A stretch of 64,000 nucleotides of DNA from Kaistiaceae bacterium (GCA_963667605.2 CAXXUZ010000003.1:1558992-1622991); one strand, 5' to 3'; numbered from the stretch's first letter, positions 7,869 through 17,640 are shown. Numbers and translations are program-made. The notes: generated by a model not told the origin, from the letters alone.

Positions 7869-8054
7869 TCAGCCGCGCAGAAGCCACACAAGCACCACTC
7901 CCAGCGACAGCGCCGCGAGTCCGAACGATCTCAGCGTCGTCTCGGGCAATTCGAGCGCAAGGCGCATCATTGCCTGCATCGACCTTGGGAAGGCGGCGTA
8001 GAGTAAGCCCTCGATCGCCAGCGCAACGCCGAGGCCGAGTAGGAGTGTGCTCAC
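7869..8054 (-). CDS. DUF2065-family small membrane protein
   Basis: 61 aa with two hydrophobic helices (MSTLLLGLGVALAIEGLLYAAFP...FGLAALSLGVVLVWLL). Sits in the typical position immediately downstream of hflC. Confidence 0.7.
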   Translation of the reverse strand: MSTLLLGLGVALAIEGLLYAAFPRSMQAMMRLALELPETTLRSFGLAALSLGVVLVWLLRG

Positions 8055-8069
8055 CCGGCCTTGCTCGCC

Positions 8070-9149
8070 TTAGGGCGCCGCTGGGGCAGGCTCCTCGGCT
8101 GGCGCTGCTTCCTCTGCCGGGGCAGGTTCGGCGGCCGGTTCGTCAACCGGCACAGGGTCCGCCGCCGGTATTTCTGCGTCCGGGACGACGACCGGATCGG
8201 GCGGCACCGGCAGCTCCGGCGGCAATTCCGGGGCAAGCAGTTCGGGCAGTACCTCGATCGCTCTGATCTCGTCGAAGAAACGGAAGAAATCGCCGTTGGG
8301 CGATAGCAGCAACGTCGTGGTATCGGGGGTTAGCGCCTGCAAATAGGCCTGCATTGATATGTAGAACTGGAAGAAGTCTGGGTCCACGCTATAAGCTGCA
8401 GCGTAGATTCGGTTGGCTTCGCCGTCACCGGCGCCGCGCAGGGTCTGGGCATCGCGATTTGCATTGGCGATGGTGATCGTCACGTCACGGTCGGCCGCGG
8501 CGCGAAGCCGGCGAGCTGCTTCGTCGCCCTCGGCCCGGATCAACGCCGCTTCCTGTTGACGCTCTGTCTGCATCCGCGCGTAGATCCGGTTGGCATTCTC
8601 CTCCGGCAGGTCGATGCGCTGAATCCGGACGTCGACAATTTCGACGCCAAGATTGGTTGCTGCCTCTGCCACCCGCAGTGTGATTTGATTCATCAGCGGT
8701 GTCCGATTGTCGCGGATGATATCCTCAAAGTCGGCGTCGCCAAGGATACTGCGGACCGAGGCGTCGAGAATGGCGAGGAGCCGCGAATTCGCCACGGCAA
8801 TTGTTCCCACAGCTTCAAAGAACCTCAGCGGATCGACTATCCGGTATCGACCAAACGCCAGCACATTGATCCGAGTTTGGTCCCCGGCGACAATTTCGTT
8901 TTCCTCCTGAAGCGTCGCCTGCGGCGGCGGCGAGAACCCAATGATCCGTTTATCGATATAAACGACGTTGTCGATGAAAGGCACCTTCAGATTAAGGCCG
9001 GGCTCCAACGTGGTAGCCACCGGGTCACCGAACCGGAGTACCAACGCGAACTGCGTTGGATTGACGATGTAGATACTCTGTAGGCCGAGAATTGCGAGGA
9101 CGACGACAAGGATCGCGCCGCCGATTGCGAGGAAGCGACGACGGGTCAT
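8070..9149 (-). CDS. hflC: Protease modulator HflC (SPFH/band-7), with an unusual Pro/Ala/Glu-rich C-terminal tail
   Basis: N-terminal TM helix and SPFH core (YIVNPTQFALVLRFGDP..., VEIVDVRIQRIDLPEENANRIYARMQTERQQEA). ATGA-type overlap with hflK. Confidence 0.9.
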   Translation of the reverse strand: MTRRRFLAIGGAILVVVLAILGLQSIYIVNPTQFALVLRFGDPVATTLEPGLNLKVPFIDNVVYIDKRIIGFSPPPQATLQEENEIVAGDQTRINVLAFGRYRIVDPLRFFEAVGTIAVANSRLLAILDASVRSILGDADFEDIIRDNRTPLMNQITLRVAEAATNLGVEIVDVRIQRIDLPEENANRIYARMQTERQQEAALIRAEGDEAARRLRAAADRDVTITIANANRDAQTLRGAGDGEANRIYAAAYSVDPDFFQFYISMQAYLQALTPDTTTLLLSPNGDFFRFFDEIRAIEVLPELLAPELPPELPVPPDPVVVPDAEIPAADPVPVDEPAAEPAPAEEAAPAEEPAPAAP

Positions 9150-10279
9150 TGGCCGCCTCCCGGTGTTAGTTGGTTGAGCGGTAGATACGGAACGATTCCG
9201 GCGCCGACGGCCTCATCAACGATGATTTTGTTCATATCGGCGAGGATGATCGCCATGGTCTCGAGATAGATTCGCTCACGGATGATCGCCGGCGCGGTGG
9301 CATAGGTCTGGTAGATCTGCAGAAACCGGTCGGCATCACCTGTCGCCGCGGCGATCACCTGCTGGCGATAGGCCTCGGCTGCCTCGGTTATTTGAGCCGC
9401 CTGGCCGCGAGCCTCCGGGGTCACCCGGTTGGCATATGCGTTTGCCTCGTTTTGGAACCGCTCATTGTCCGCTTCCGCGGCCTGCACGTCGCGGAACGCA
9501 TCAACCACTTGTGGCGGCGGATCGACGGCTGAGAGGTTGACCCGGACGATCTGAATGCCGGCGCCATAGTCGTTAAGAACCTGTTGGGTCTTCAGCAGAA
9601 CCGCTTCCCTGGTCGCGTCGCGGAGCCTCGTCTGGAGCGGTTCCAAATCTTCTCGTCCAATGGCCTCGCGCATCACGCTCTCGGCGACGTCCCTGATCGT
9701 GCCATCGGGATCGGCAAGATTGAACAAGTAGGCGCGGGCGTCATTAATGATCCAGACGACGGAAAAGTGCACGTCGACGATGTTCTCGTCGCCGGTCAGC
9801 ATCAGGCTTTCGGCGGGGGTTCCGATGCTCGCTGGATTGCGATTGTTTGCTGTGGCATCGGCCTGAGTGAATCCGATCTGGACTTGGGTTTCGCGGGTGA
9901 CCGCCGGTGTGAACACGGTCTCCGCGAAGGGTAGCTTGAAGTTCAGGCCCGGAAGCACGGTGCGGTCATATTGGCCGAAGCGAAGAACCACGCCAACCTC
10001 ATTAGGAGCCACCGTAAAAGTAAATGCCGAATAGGCAATGACGCCCAGCACGAGGATCACGATTGCGACGATCGCCAACGGATTGATGCCGCCGCCGCCG
10101 CCGCGTCGACCCGGAAAGACACGGCGAAGCCTTTCCTGACTGCGGCGAAGAAGCTCCTCAAGATCGGGCGGGGTCGATCTACCGCCACCACCGCCGCTGG
10201 TATTGCGTGGGCCTTGGCCCCAGGGGCCGCCATTGCCGCCGCGCCAACCGCCGCCGCTCATTTCGTGAACCGTCCGCAT
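9146..10279 (-). CDS. hflK: Protease modulator HflK (SPFH/band-7)
   Basis: Gly-rich N-terminus, TM helix and SPFH core (FTVAPNEVGVVLRFGQY..., IQIVRVNLSAVDPPPQVVDAFRDVQAAEADNERFQNEANAYAN). An alternative start at 10261 is possible. Confidence 0.9.
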   Translation of the reverse strand: MRTVHEMSGGGWRGGNGGPWGQGPRNTSGGGGGRSTPPDLEELLRRSQERLRRVFPGRRGGGGGINPLAIVAIVILVLGVIAYSAFTFTVAPNEVGVVLRFGQYDRTVLPGLNFKLPFAETVFTPAVTRETQVQIGFTQADATANNRNPASIGTPAESLMLTGDENIVDVHFSVVWIINDARAYLFNLADPDGTIRDVAESVMREAIGREDLEPLQTRLRDATREAVLLKTQQVLNDYGAGIQIVRVNLSAVDPPPQVVDAFRDVQAAEADNERFQNEANAYANRVTPEARGQAAQITEAAEAYRQQVIAAATGDADRFLQIYQTYATAPAIIRERIYLETMAIILADMNKIIVDEAVGAGIVPYLPLNQLTPGGGQ

Positions 10280-10493
10280 TCTGTGACCTTCTATTGGACG
10301 CTGCCGATTTGATTTCGACTCGTTGCTGAATTCATCAGCTTCTTGAATTTTCTGCCTTATAGGCGAAAGCAGTTACCGCCGCAAACCGAGAAAAAACTCT
10401 CCACATGCGAGTGATCCCGCGCTGTGTGACGGCTTTTTGAGCGACCCGGAAGGGGTTGCCCCCTGCCCAAATTGGGACCGGGCATCCGGTCCG

Positions 10494-11015
10494 TCAAGCT
10501 CTCATGCTCCGATGACGCTCATAGACGGTGAATTGGGTGGCATAGCTGTCACGTTCGCCGGCCGAAATCGTCTCACTGGCGACGACTTGCCATCGGCCGG
10601 GATCGATGGGCGGGAAATGTGTGTCGCCCTCGACAACGGCCTTGATATGGGTGACGTAAAGCCGATCGGCCTGTCCGATCATGGATCGGTATATATCGCC
10701 GCCGCCGATCACCATGATCTCATCGCCGCCGGTTTCATCAAGCGCGGAGACGGCGACTGTGAGCGCCTCCTCAAGCGAGGTAACGCGGAGAAAACCGGGC
10801 GTCGTCAAGACTTGAGAACTGAGGACGATGTTGGTGCGTTCGACCGGGGGTTCAGCCAGGCTTTCCGCAGTCTTCCTGCCCATGATCACTGGCTTTCCGA
10901 TCGTCAGCCGCTTGAACCGCCGCATGTCGGTCGACAGGCGCCAGGGCAATTCGCCGCGGCGACCGATCACGCCGTTTTCCGCTACCGCGGCAATGAGGGA
11001 GAGTGTTGCTTTCAT
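10494..11015 (-). CDS. folA: Dihydrofolate reductase
   Basis: LIAAVAENGVIGRRGELPWRLSTDMRRFKRLTIGKPVIMGRKTAESL...MVIGGGDIY are classic DHFR motifs. Confidence 0.9.
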   Translation of the reverse strand: MKATLSLIAAVAENGVIGRRGELPWRLSTDMRRFKRLTIGKPVIMGRKTAESLAEPPVERTNIVLSSQVLTTPGFLRVTSLEEALTVAVSALDETGGDEIMVIGGGDIYRSMIGQADRLYVTHIKAVVEGDTHFPPIDPGRWQVVASETISAGERDSYATQFTVYERHRSMRA

Positions 11016-11180
11016 GGATCCACGAATGGTGCTCGTGTTTCAGTAAGCCAATGTGGCTGCATGTAAGCTGATCGGTTAATTAGTCCAATGGATTGACGGG
11101 GGTTGCTATCTTATTTGCGGTAGCCGTGCGCGCGCCTCCGGTGCTAGAAGCGGTGGTTCCTATCGCGGCTTTGTAGGGAA

Positions 11181-11621
11181 GTGGACATGCTTTTTTGGCA
11201 CGATATCTTGGTTTTTCTCCATTTGATGGGGCTTGTCGTTGGCCTCGGCCTGGGGGTGGCGAACATGTTTATCGTCCGGCAGGCCAACTCAACCGAGAAA
11301 CCTGAGATCGAGGCGGTGCTCCGCGCGTTGCCGATGACTTTGTCTCGGATATCCACGATGGCACTGGGTGTTCTTGTCGTGACCGGGATCCTGTTGCTGT
11401 TCGACAGCTTGAGTCCGAACCCATTCGGGGACTTTTGGTTCTGGCTGAAGCTCGTCGCCACTGCGGGAATGATTGCTGTTTCCTATCTCGTTTTACAGGC
11501 CCAGGCGCAGATCCGCAGGGCAGAGACCCCGCAATTTGCTGCATGGTTGCCGAGAGCAGGGCCAATCATGGGCGGATTGGCCGTGCTGGCGACTGTGTTC
11601 GCTGTCTTCGTGTTCCACTAG
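11181..11621 (+). CDS. Hypothetical four-helix membrane protein
   Basis: 146-aa ORF with four hydrophobic segments and an ATG start. Family not recognised with certainty. Confidence 0.55.
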   Translation: MDMLFWHDILVFLHLMGLVVGLGLGVANMFIVRQANSTEKPEIEAVLRALPMTLSRISTMALGVLVVTGILLLFDSLSPNPFGDFWFWLKLVATAGMIAVSYLVLQAQAQIRRAETPQFAAWLPRAGPIMGGLAVLATVFAVFVFH

Positions 11622-11659
11622 CGGAACGCCCAGCCGGTTGCCTTGAACGACCGGCCTTG

Positions 11660-11701
11660 GGTAGATACATCCTCGAAGTGGGTAGATACATCCTCGAAGT
11701 G
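11660..11701. repeat. Perfect tandem duplication of a 21-bp unit GGTAGATACATCCTCGAAGTG (about 2.1 copies counting flanking bases)
   Basis: Read directly: 11660-11680 is identical to 11681-11701. It appears as GRYILEVGRYILEVG in spurious ORF 11435..11734. Confidence 0.95.
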
Positions 11702-11771
11702 GGCTTAACCTCGTTTTTATCGGCTGCGGTGTAGCGTAGTCTAGCAGCATTTCGAGCAGGGCGTTGACCGG

Positions 11772-11873
11772 ATGATCGTTGCAGTGACGACAGGGTCTGA
11801 CAGATCGAATGCCGCAAGAGCGGCGGTCGACGCTCGCCCTTTCGGGACACTTCTCCTCCTTAGCTGCCCCTGA
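11772..11873 (+). promoter_or_regulatory. Candidate Leu-codon leader peptide ORF upstream of leuA (33 aa, MIVAVTTGSDRSNAARAAVDARPFGTLLLLSCP)
   Basis: Own translation. Four consecutive Leu codons (CTT CTC CTC CTT, 11850-11861) lie 3 codons before the stop. The stop is 104 nt upstream of the leuA ATG. There is no convincing SD and I could not see a terminator. Confidence 0.25.
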
Positions 11874-11977
11874 GCGCTGCAAGCTCCTCGCGAGCAGGCC
11901 ACTCAGGGGATGGCACGAACCACCTGATGAGGGCTCGCCCAGCGGGGGTTAGGAGCTAAGCGAGAAGGACCAGTTCA

Positions 11978-13576
11978 ATGAGTGGCAAGGACAAATCCGG
12001 CGTAAAGCCAGCTGCCGGAACGAGCCAGGACGACGGCAAGGACCGGGTCGTCATCTTCGATACAACGCTGCGCGACGGCGAGCAATCGCCGGGCGCGTCG
12101 ATGAATCTGGAGGAAAAGCTCCAGATCGCAGATGTGCTCGATGAGATGGGCGTCGATATCATCGAGGCCGGCTTTCCGATTGCCTCACAGGGCGATTTCG
12201 AGTCCGTGATGGAGATCGGCAAACGAGTCAAGAAAGCCGTTGTCTGCGGGCTCGCTCGCGCCGGCTTTCAGGACATCGATCGAGTGGCGGAGGCGCTGAA
12301 AGGTGCTCAGCGCGGTCGGATCCATACCTTCATCGGCACCTCGCCGGTGCATCGGAAATATCAGCTGAAGCTCGACGAGGACGAGGTCTATGAGCGCGTG
12401 ATTGCCTCAGTGACCCGCGCTCGCGGCTACACCGACGATGTCGAATGGTCGCCGATGGACGCGACCCGCACCGAGCATGGTTATCTCTGCCGAGTGGTCG
12501 AAGCGGCGATTACCGCCGGGGCGACGACGATCAACATTCCCGACACGGTCGGCTACACCACGCCGGAAGAATTTCGGGCGCTGATGGAGATGCTGATCGA
12601 GCGGGTGCCAAATTCCGACAAGGCCGTCTTCTCGGTCCATTGTCATGACGATCTCGGTATGGCGGTTGCCAATTCGCTGGCCGGTGTTATCGGCGGCGCG
12701 CGGCAGGTCGAATGCACCATCAACGGCCTCGGCGAGCGTGCCGGCAATGCGGCGCTGGAAGAGATTGTGATGGCGATCCGGACGCGCTCCGATGTCCTGC
12801 CTTTCGTCACCGGTATTGACGCAACGATGCTGATGCGGGCCTCGAAATTGGTGTCGGCAGTGACCGCGTTTCCGGTTCAGTACAACAAGGCGATCGTTGG
12901 CCAGAATGCCTTCGCTCATGAGTCAGGCATCCATCAGGACGGGATGCTGAAAAACGCCCAGACCTTCGAGATCATGAAGCCTGAGGATGTCGGGGTGAAA
13001 ACGACCTCGCTGGTGATGGGCAAACATTCCGGCCGCCATGCCTTTCGTCAGAAGCTAGTCGAGCTCGGCTATGAGCTGGGCGACAACGCTGTCAACGATG
13101 TGTTTGGCCGGTTCAAGGCTTTGGCCGACCGCAAGAAACAAATCTTCGACGATGACATTGTCGCGTTGGTCGAGGACGAAGTCGCGACCGCCAGCGAAGC
13201 CGTGAAGGTGGTGGCGCTCACCGTGATCGCCGGCACCGGCGGGCCGCAAAAGGCGATTGTTACGCTCGACGTCAATGGCCGACACGAGACCCGCGAGGCA
13301 ACCGGCAACGGCCCGGTCGACGCCACTTTCAACGCCATCAAGATGATCATGCCGCACGATGCGCGGCTGTCGCTCTACCAGGTTCATGCCGTCACGGAGG
13401 GCACCGACGCCCAGGCCGAGGTCTCGGTGCGGCTGGAGGAGGATGGGCGGATGGTGATGGCCCGCGCTTCAGATCCGGACACGATGGTGGCTTCAGCCAA
13501 AGCCTATGTCTCGGGGATCAACAAGCTTGCGACTCGGCGTGGCAAGGCCACGGCGGAGACGCTGAAGGCGGTCTGA
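11978..13576 (+). CDS. leuA: 2-isopropylmalate synthase
   Basis: VVIFDTTLRDGEQSPGASM...VHCHDDLGMAVANSLAG...HESGIHQDGMLK, plus the C-terminal LeuA dimerisation/regulatory domain. Confidence 0.95.
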   Translation: MSGKDKSGVKPAAGTSQDDGKDRVVIFDTTLRDGEQSPGASMNLEEKLQIADVLDEMGVDIIEAGFPIASQGDFESVMEIGKRVKKAVVCGLARAGFQDIDRVAEALKGAQRGRIHTFIGTSPVHRKYQLKLDEDEVYERVIASVTRARGYTDDVEWSPMDATRTEHGYLCRVVEAAITAGATTINIPDTVGYTTPEEFRALMEMLIERVPNSDKAVFSVHCHDDLGMAVANSLAGVIGGARQVECTINGLGERAGNAALEEIVMAIRTRSDVLPFVTGIDATMLMRASKLVSAVTAFPVQYNKAIVGQNAFAHESGIHQDGMLKNAQTFEIMKPEDVGVKTTSLVMGKHSGRHAFRQKLVELGYELGDNAVNDVFGRFKALADRKKQIFDDDIVALVEDEVATASEAVKVVALTVIAGTGGPQKAIVTLDVNGRHETREATGNGPVDATFNAIKMIMPHDARLSLYQVHAVTEGTDAQAEVSVRLEEDGRMVMARASDPDTMVASAKAYVSGINKLATRRGKATAETLKAV

Positions 13577-13708
13577 GGCCGGGCGGCGGTCGCGACTGCC
13601 CCGCTTCACGCGTGCGCTGAATCGCGCAATTGACGAATGCGTCTATGGGCAAGATTGGGCGAACGCGGTGCCGTGCCGGCGCCCGCCTTCATCTCCGCAT
13701 CCGCCTGA

Positions 13709-14698
13709 TTACTCGTCGGGGGAATCCTGCTTGCTCGGACCACGAGAGCCGCTGCGACCGCCAACTGGGACCGGGGGCGACGTCGAAATCGGCGGGGCGG
13801 GCGGCACGTCTCCGGGTTCAGCGAAGTGGATCACATGCTGCGGGAATGGAATTGTCAGGCCGGAATCTTCGAGCGCACTCTTGCCGCTCTCGGTCAGGTC
13901 CCATCGCGTCGCCCAAAAGTCGGGCGCTTTCGACCAGGCGCGCATCTGTAGCACCACCGAACTGTCGCCGAGGGTCAGCGGCACCACTTGCGCCGCCGGC
14001 TCGGCGAGGACTTGCGGGTGTTTGGCGGCGACCTCGGCGAGGATCTCACGGCCCTTGCTGATCTCATTCTCATAGGCGAGCCCGAATTCGATCAGGATCA
14101 GCCGGGTCGGGTTGCGGCTGTAATTGGTGATGGTGGTGCTCCAGAGCGTGGAATTGGGCACGAATTTGTTGACGCCGTCCCACGTCCGGATCCTGGTGCT
14201 GAACAACTGCACTTCTTCGACCGTGCCAGCGACGGCGCTGGTGGCGATATATTCGCCGACCTGGAATGGACGCAGCCACAACAGCATTAGCCCCGAGGCG
14301 ATGTTGGAAAGGGTTCCCTGCAGCGCCAAGCCGATTGCAAGTCCGGCTGCCCCCAGCGCGGCGAGGAGCGAGGCGGTTTGCACGCCGAGCTGCCCAAGCG
14401 CGGCGACCAGCGCCATCAGGATGATGGCGTAGCGAATAACGGAGCGAATGACTGGTTTTAGGGTGTCGTCCAGCCGGCCGGTGCGGTCGGTGAACCTGAT
14501 GACGGCCCTGGCGATGATACGGGCAAGGATATAGCCGATGATGAGGATCGCCAACGCGCCAGCGATCCGGGGCAGGAAATCCAGCAGCCAATTCCAGGCA
14601 TCGGTGGCGAAACCGGCGAGATCTTCCGAGATGGCGCTGCCTCCGTGACAGATTCGTCCTGAATGAACGGAGGATGCGCCTAGCGGTTCCGGTCGCAA
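13709..14698 (-). CDS. Small-conductance mechanosensitive channel (MscS family)
   Basis: TM helices followed by LQGTLSNIASGLMLLWLRPFQVGEYI...GTVEEVQLFSTRIRTWDGVNKFVPNSTLW, the MscS beta-domain signature. The start codon is uncertain. Confidence 0.85.
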   Translation of the reverse strand: MRPEPLGASSVHSGRICHGGSAISEDLAGFATDAWNWLLDFLPRIAGALAILIIGYILARIIARAVIRFTDRTGRLDDTLKPVIRSVIRYAIILMALVAALGQLGVQTASLLAALGAAGLAIGLALQGTLSNIASGLMLLWLRPFQVGEYIATSAVAGTVEEVQLFSTRIRTWDGVNKFVPNSTLWSTTITNYSRNPTRLILIEFGLAYENEISKGREILAEVAAKHPQVLAEPAAQVVPLTLGDSSVVLQMRAWSKAPDFWATRWDLTESGKSALEDSGLTIPFPQHVIHFAEPGDVPPAPPISTSPPVPVGGRSGSRGPSKQDSPDE

Positions 14699-14799
14699 GG
14701 GGCGAAACCAGGTTATCCAGCGATTGCTCGCCGCTGGCCGGCGGGACTGCGCCTGGAGCCTTGCGGGGCGGAGATGGCGTTCCTATAAACCTCGGCGGC

Positions 14800-14875
<76 letters not shown>

Positions 14876-15262
14876 ATCAAATCAAAGGATTAGATCGAAT
14901 GTCGAAAGAACGGCTTTTCCTCCAGTAAGCACATAGTAAGCACACCGGAGGAAGCGAGGGGCGCACTAGGTCCGGTGTGCTGGCTCTGTGTTCGTCGCGA
15001 CGACCGCAATTGGCATAGGGGTCATAGGGTCCGTGCGACGACCTACGTCCAGGGGTATCAGCCTCGATGTCCTTCCTGCTTGGCCGATTCGTCCGCTACG
15101 CTGCTCGCCGGATCGCGCATCCGAACGCGAGAGAGGCTGCCGCGAGAGTCGCTCGGCGTGCCGCTGATGAAGGGAAGGCAATCATTGCGGACGACCTGTC
15201 CGAGCCGCTGGTCGGTCTATCCGGCGCTTGGGTAAGAATCTGCCCCCTAACTCCAGTGACGA

Positions 15263-15499
15263 TTAACGAGAACCGTCGGCGACCCAGACGAGAGTTACCC
15301 CACCGTTCGTGCTCCCAATCCGATGCTGCTTGGGGAGTCGGCACCGGGCCTCGGCCAGGAGGTTGCTTATCTCGTCAGCCACCCAGTCGATGCCGAGTTC
15401 AGCCATCTCCATCGCCACCTGCTTCTCATTAGCGAAGCTATGCAGTTGATAGACGCCGACGATGCCGGCCCGCGAGCCGGAGGTATTCTCGCCATTCAA
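15263..15499 (-). pseudogene. Tyrosine integrase, C-terminal remnant
   Basis: ...NTSGSRAGIVGVYQLHSFANEKQVAMEMAELGIDWVADEI resembles the conserved tail of tRNA-associated integrases (...GS..GVAGVYNRH.Y..EKR.AL..W...). No upstream catalytic region is in frame. Confidence 0.5.
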
Positions 15500-15647
15500 G
15501 TCGGCGACGGCGCCTTTAGTCGAGCTTTGGCGGGCTCATCGAATCGCGTGCAGGCAACCGCCCCCGATCCCTAACTTAGACCCACCCCCATAGGGCAGAT
15601 GCTGGAAGCCGCTGCTGGGGCACATGCCCCTCCCCATATTTCGGGCC

Positions 15648-16019
15648 TCACGCGACCGCCGCGATCTCTTCTGGCGTTCCCAATTCCTGAACGGCGCGGG
15701 CTCTAGTTATTGAGTTGGTGCTGACATTGAATAGAGCGGCGGCTTCCGGCATCGTCAGTGTTGTTGCGGCTATCTCTTTTGGAATAGCCGTTGCAACTCT
15801 TTGTTCTCCAACAGCATTCTCCGACATGTATCGAACATTTTGACCTGATTTTAGCTTGGCAAACTCATTAGCAATCATGGCTCGTTGGCCGGTGCTGAGA
15901 TGACGGCGATGAAGGTTCTTATCGACCACGAAACTGATCGGTTCGGCGGATTGTTCTGAGTGCCGCAACAGCTGGTTTTCTGGCTCTGCGGGCCCGAGAG
16001 TCCGCTTTACGTCAGGCAT
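15648..16019 (-). CDS. ParB-like / phage DNA-binding protein fragment (HTH region only)
   Basis: NLHRRHLSTGQRAMIANEFAKLKSG...AAALFNVSTNSITRARAV resembles the post-nuclease HTH part of ParB-like plasmid/phage proteins. There is no ParB N-domain. Confidence 0.4.
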   Translation of the reverse strand: MPDVKRTLGPAEPENQLLRHSEQSAEPISFVVDKNLHRRHLSTGQRAMIANEFAKLKSGQNVRYMSENAVGEQRVATAIPKEIAATTLTMPEAAALFNVSTNSITRARAVQELGTPEEIAAVA

Positions 16020-16480
16020 GGTCGGCGTCGGTTGTTATTCTGCGAACCCCATCGCGCGGAGTGCTTCGGGATTATTCGGCGCCGAACTGCCGACGAGTCG
16101 CCCGCCGGATGTCCTTCACGACCTTCTCGGCCGATGCTTTCTGGTGATTGGTGTTCCGTCTCATCTCCAATCCCTCGTGGGTTAAGATGAGCCAGAAACC
16201 CTCTCTTGTTCAATCCGCCCAATCTGTCCCAGGGGCGCTGACGTCGGACAGAACGTACAAACTGGATAACTCTTGTCGCTGGGCCAGCATCCAATCGTAC
16301 TCATGTCCGAACATGAGGGGCCCCTCGTAGAGAGACAGCGCGTTTCGCAAATCCTGCTGGTCGCGATCGGACAAGACACCTGTCGTGGGAAACAGCCATT
16401 CCGCAATCCTTCCAAACTCAACAACGTCGATGCGCACGCTTGCATCCTCTGCGAGATAGATATCGCCTGCCAAAGTGCTA

Positions 16481-17640
16481 CGCACTAGTGGATGGAATCT
16501 AACGCTTGATGCCCGCGTCTGACAGCGGCGATGATTTTGTCGGGATCCTTTGTCCAGATGAAGGGCTGCGGATCGTTGTTGGTGTGTTCGAGGAAGCGGT
16601 TGATGGTGGCCTGGAGATCGACGATCGAGTGGAAGACGCCGCGCTTGAGACGTTGCTTTGCGAGCTTTGCGAAGAAACCTTCGACGGCGTTGAGCCAGGA
16701 GCAGGATGTTGGGGTGAAGTGGAAGAAAAAGCGCGGATGGCACGTAAGCCACCCGCGGACCTTGGGATGCTTGTGGGCGGCGTAGTTGTCGAGGATCACA
16801 TGGACCAGCTTTCCCGCGGGCACGTCGGCCTCGATGGCGTTGAGGAAGCGAATGAACTCTTGGTGTCGATGGCGCTGCATGCACCGGCCGATGACACGCC
16901 CTTCGAGCACGTTCAGCGCGGCGAACAGCGTGGTCGTGCCGTGCCGCTTGTAGTCATGCGTCATCGTGCCCGCGCGTCCCGTCTTCATCGGCAGCCCGGG
17001 TTGGGTGCGGTCGAGCGCCTGGATCTGGCTCTTCTCGTCAACCGACAGGACAACGGCGTGCGCCGGCGGATCGACATAAAGGCCGACGATGTCCCGCAGC
17101 TTGGGAATGAACTCCGGGTCACGCGACAGCTTGAACTGCCGGACCCGGTGGGGCTGAAGCCCGTGCGCCCGCCAGATGCGCTGTACCGCGCTGACGCTGA
17201 TGCCGACCGTCTTGGCCATCGCCGGCGCCGTCCAATGTGTCGCCTCGTGGCGCGGCGCACTCAGCGTCAGCGCGACGACGCGGTCAGCGATTTCCCGGCC
17301 GAGCGGCGGAACGCGCGAGGGTCGCGTCTTGTCCCGCAGCAACCCCTCGACACCCTCGTGCATGAAGCGCTCCTGCCAACGCCAAACCGCTGTCTTGCTC
17401 TTGCCGGTGCGGCGCATGATCTCGACCGTGCCGAGACCATCCCCGCTCAGAAGGACGATCCGTGCCCGCCACACGTGTTTCTGCCGGCTGTTCCGGTCCG
17501 CAACGACCGCTTCGAGACGAGCACGGTCGGCGGTACTCACATCGACGATGATTCCTGGCCGCATGCGCCAGACTCGCACACGACGTGCCCGGCGAGAATC
17601 CCTCGCGGGATTCAAACGTCAAATTTTATCCACTAGTGCC
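16481..17640 (-). mobile_element. IS630-family insertion sequence
   Basis: Terminal inverted repeat core GCACTAGTGGAT at 16482-16493, and its reverse complement ATCCACTAGTGC at 17628-17639. Encloses a single transposase ORF. Confidence 0.8.
16485..17564 (-). CDS. IS630-family transposase
   Basis: N-terminal HTH (RARIVLLSGDGLGTVEIMRRTGKSKTAVWRWQERFMHEGVEGLLRDKTRPSR) and DDE domain (VLSVDEKSQIQALDR...ILDNYAAHK...FHFTPTSCSWLNAVEGFFAKL). The likely start is MRPGIIVD at 17564. Confidence 0.85.
   Translation of the reverse strand: MRPGIIVDVSTADRARLEAVVADRNSRQKHVWRARIVLLSGDGLGTVEIMRRTGKSKTAVWRWQERFMHEGVEGLLRDKTRPSRVPPLGREIADRVVALTLSAPRHEATHWTAPAMAKTVGISVSAVQRIWRAHGLQPHRVRQFKLSRDPEFIPKLRDIVGLYVDPPAHAVVLSVDEKSQIQALDRTQPGLPMKTGRAGTMTHDYKRHGTTTLFAALNVLEGRVIGRCMQRHRHQEFIRFLNAIEADVPAGKLVHVILDNYAAHKHPKVRGWLTCHPRFFFHFTPTSCSWLNAVEGFFAKLAKQRLKRGVFHSIVDLQATINRFLEHTNNDPQPFIWTKDPDKIIAAVRRGHQALDSIH

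Noticed and set aside
11660-11701. A CRISPR-like or minisatellite array
   Set aside because: There are only two adjacent copies with no spacers. No other regularly spaced repeats or cas genes occur in the window.
16506-17636. 376-aa plus-strand ORF that mirrors the IS630 transposase
   Set aside because: It is antisense to a transposase with clear HTH and DDE motifs. Its sequence is low-complexity (Arg/Asp/Gly-rich) and has no recognisable domain.
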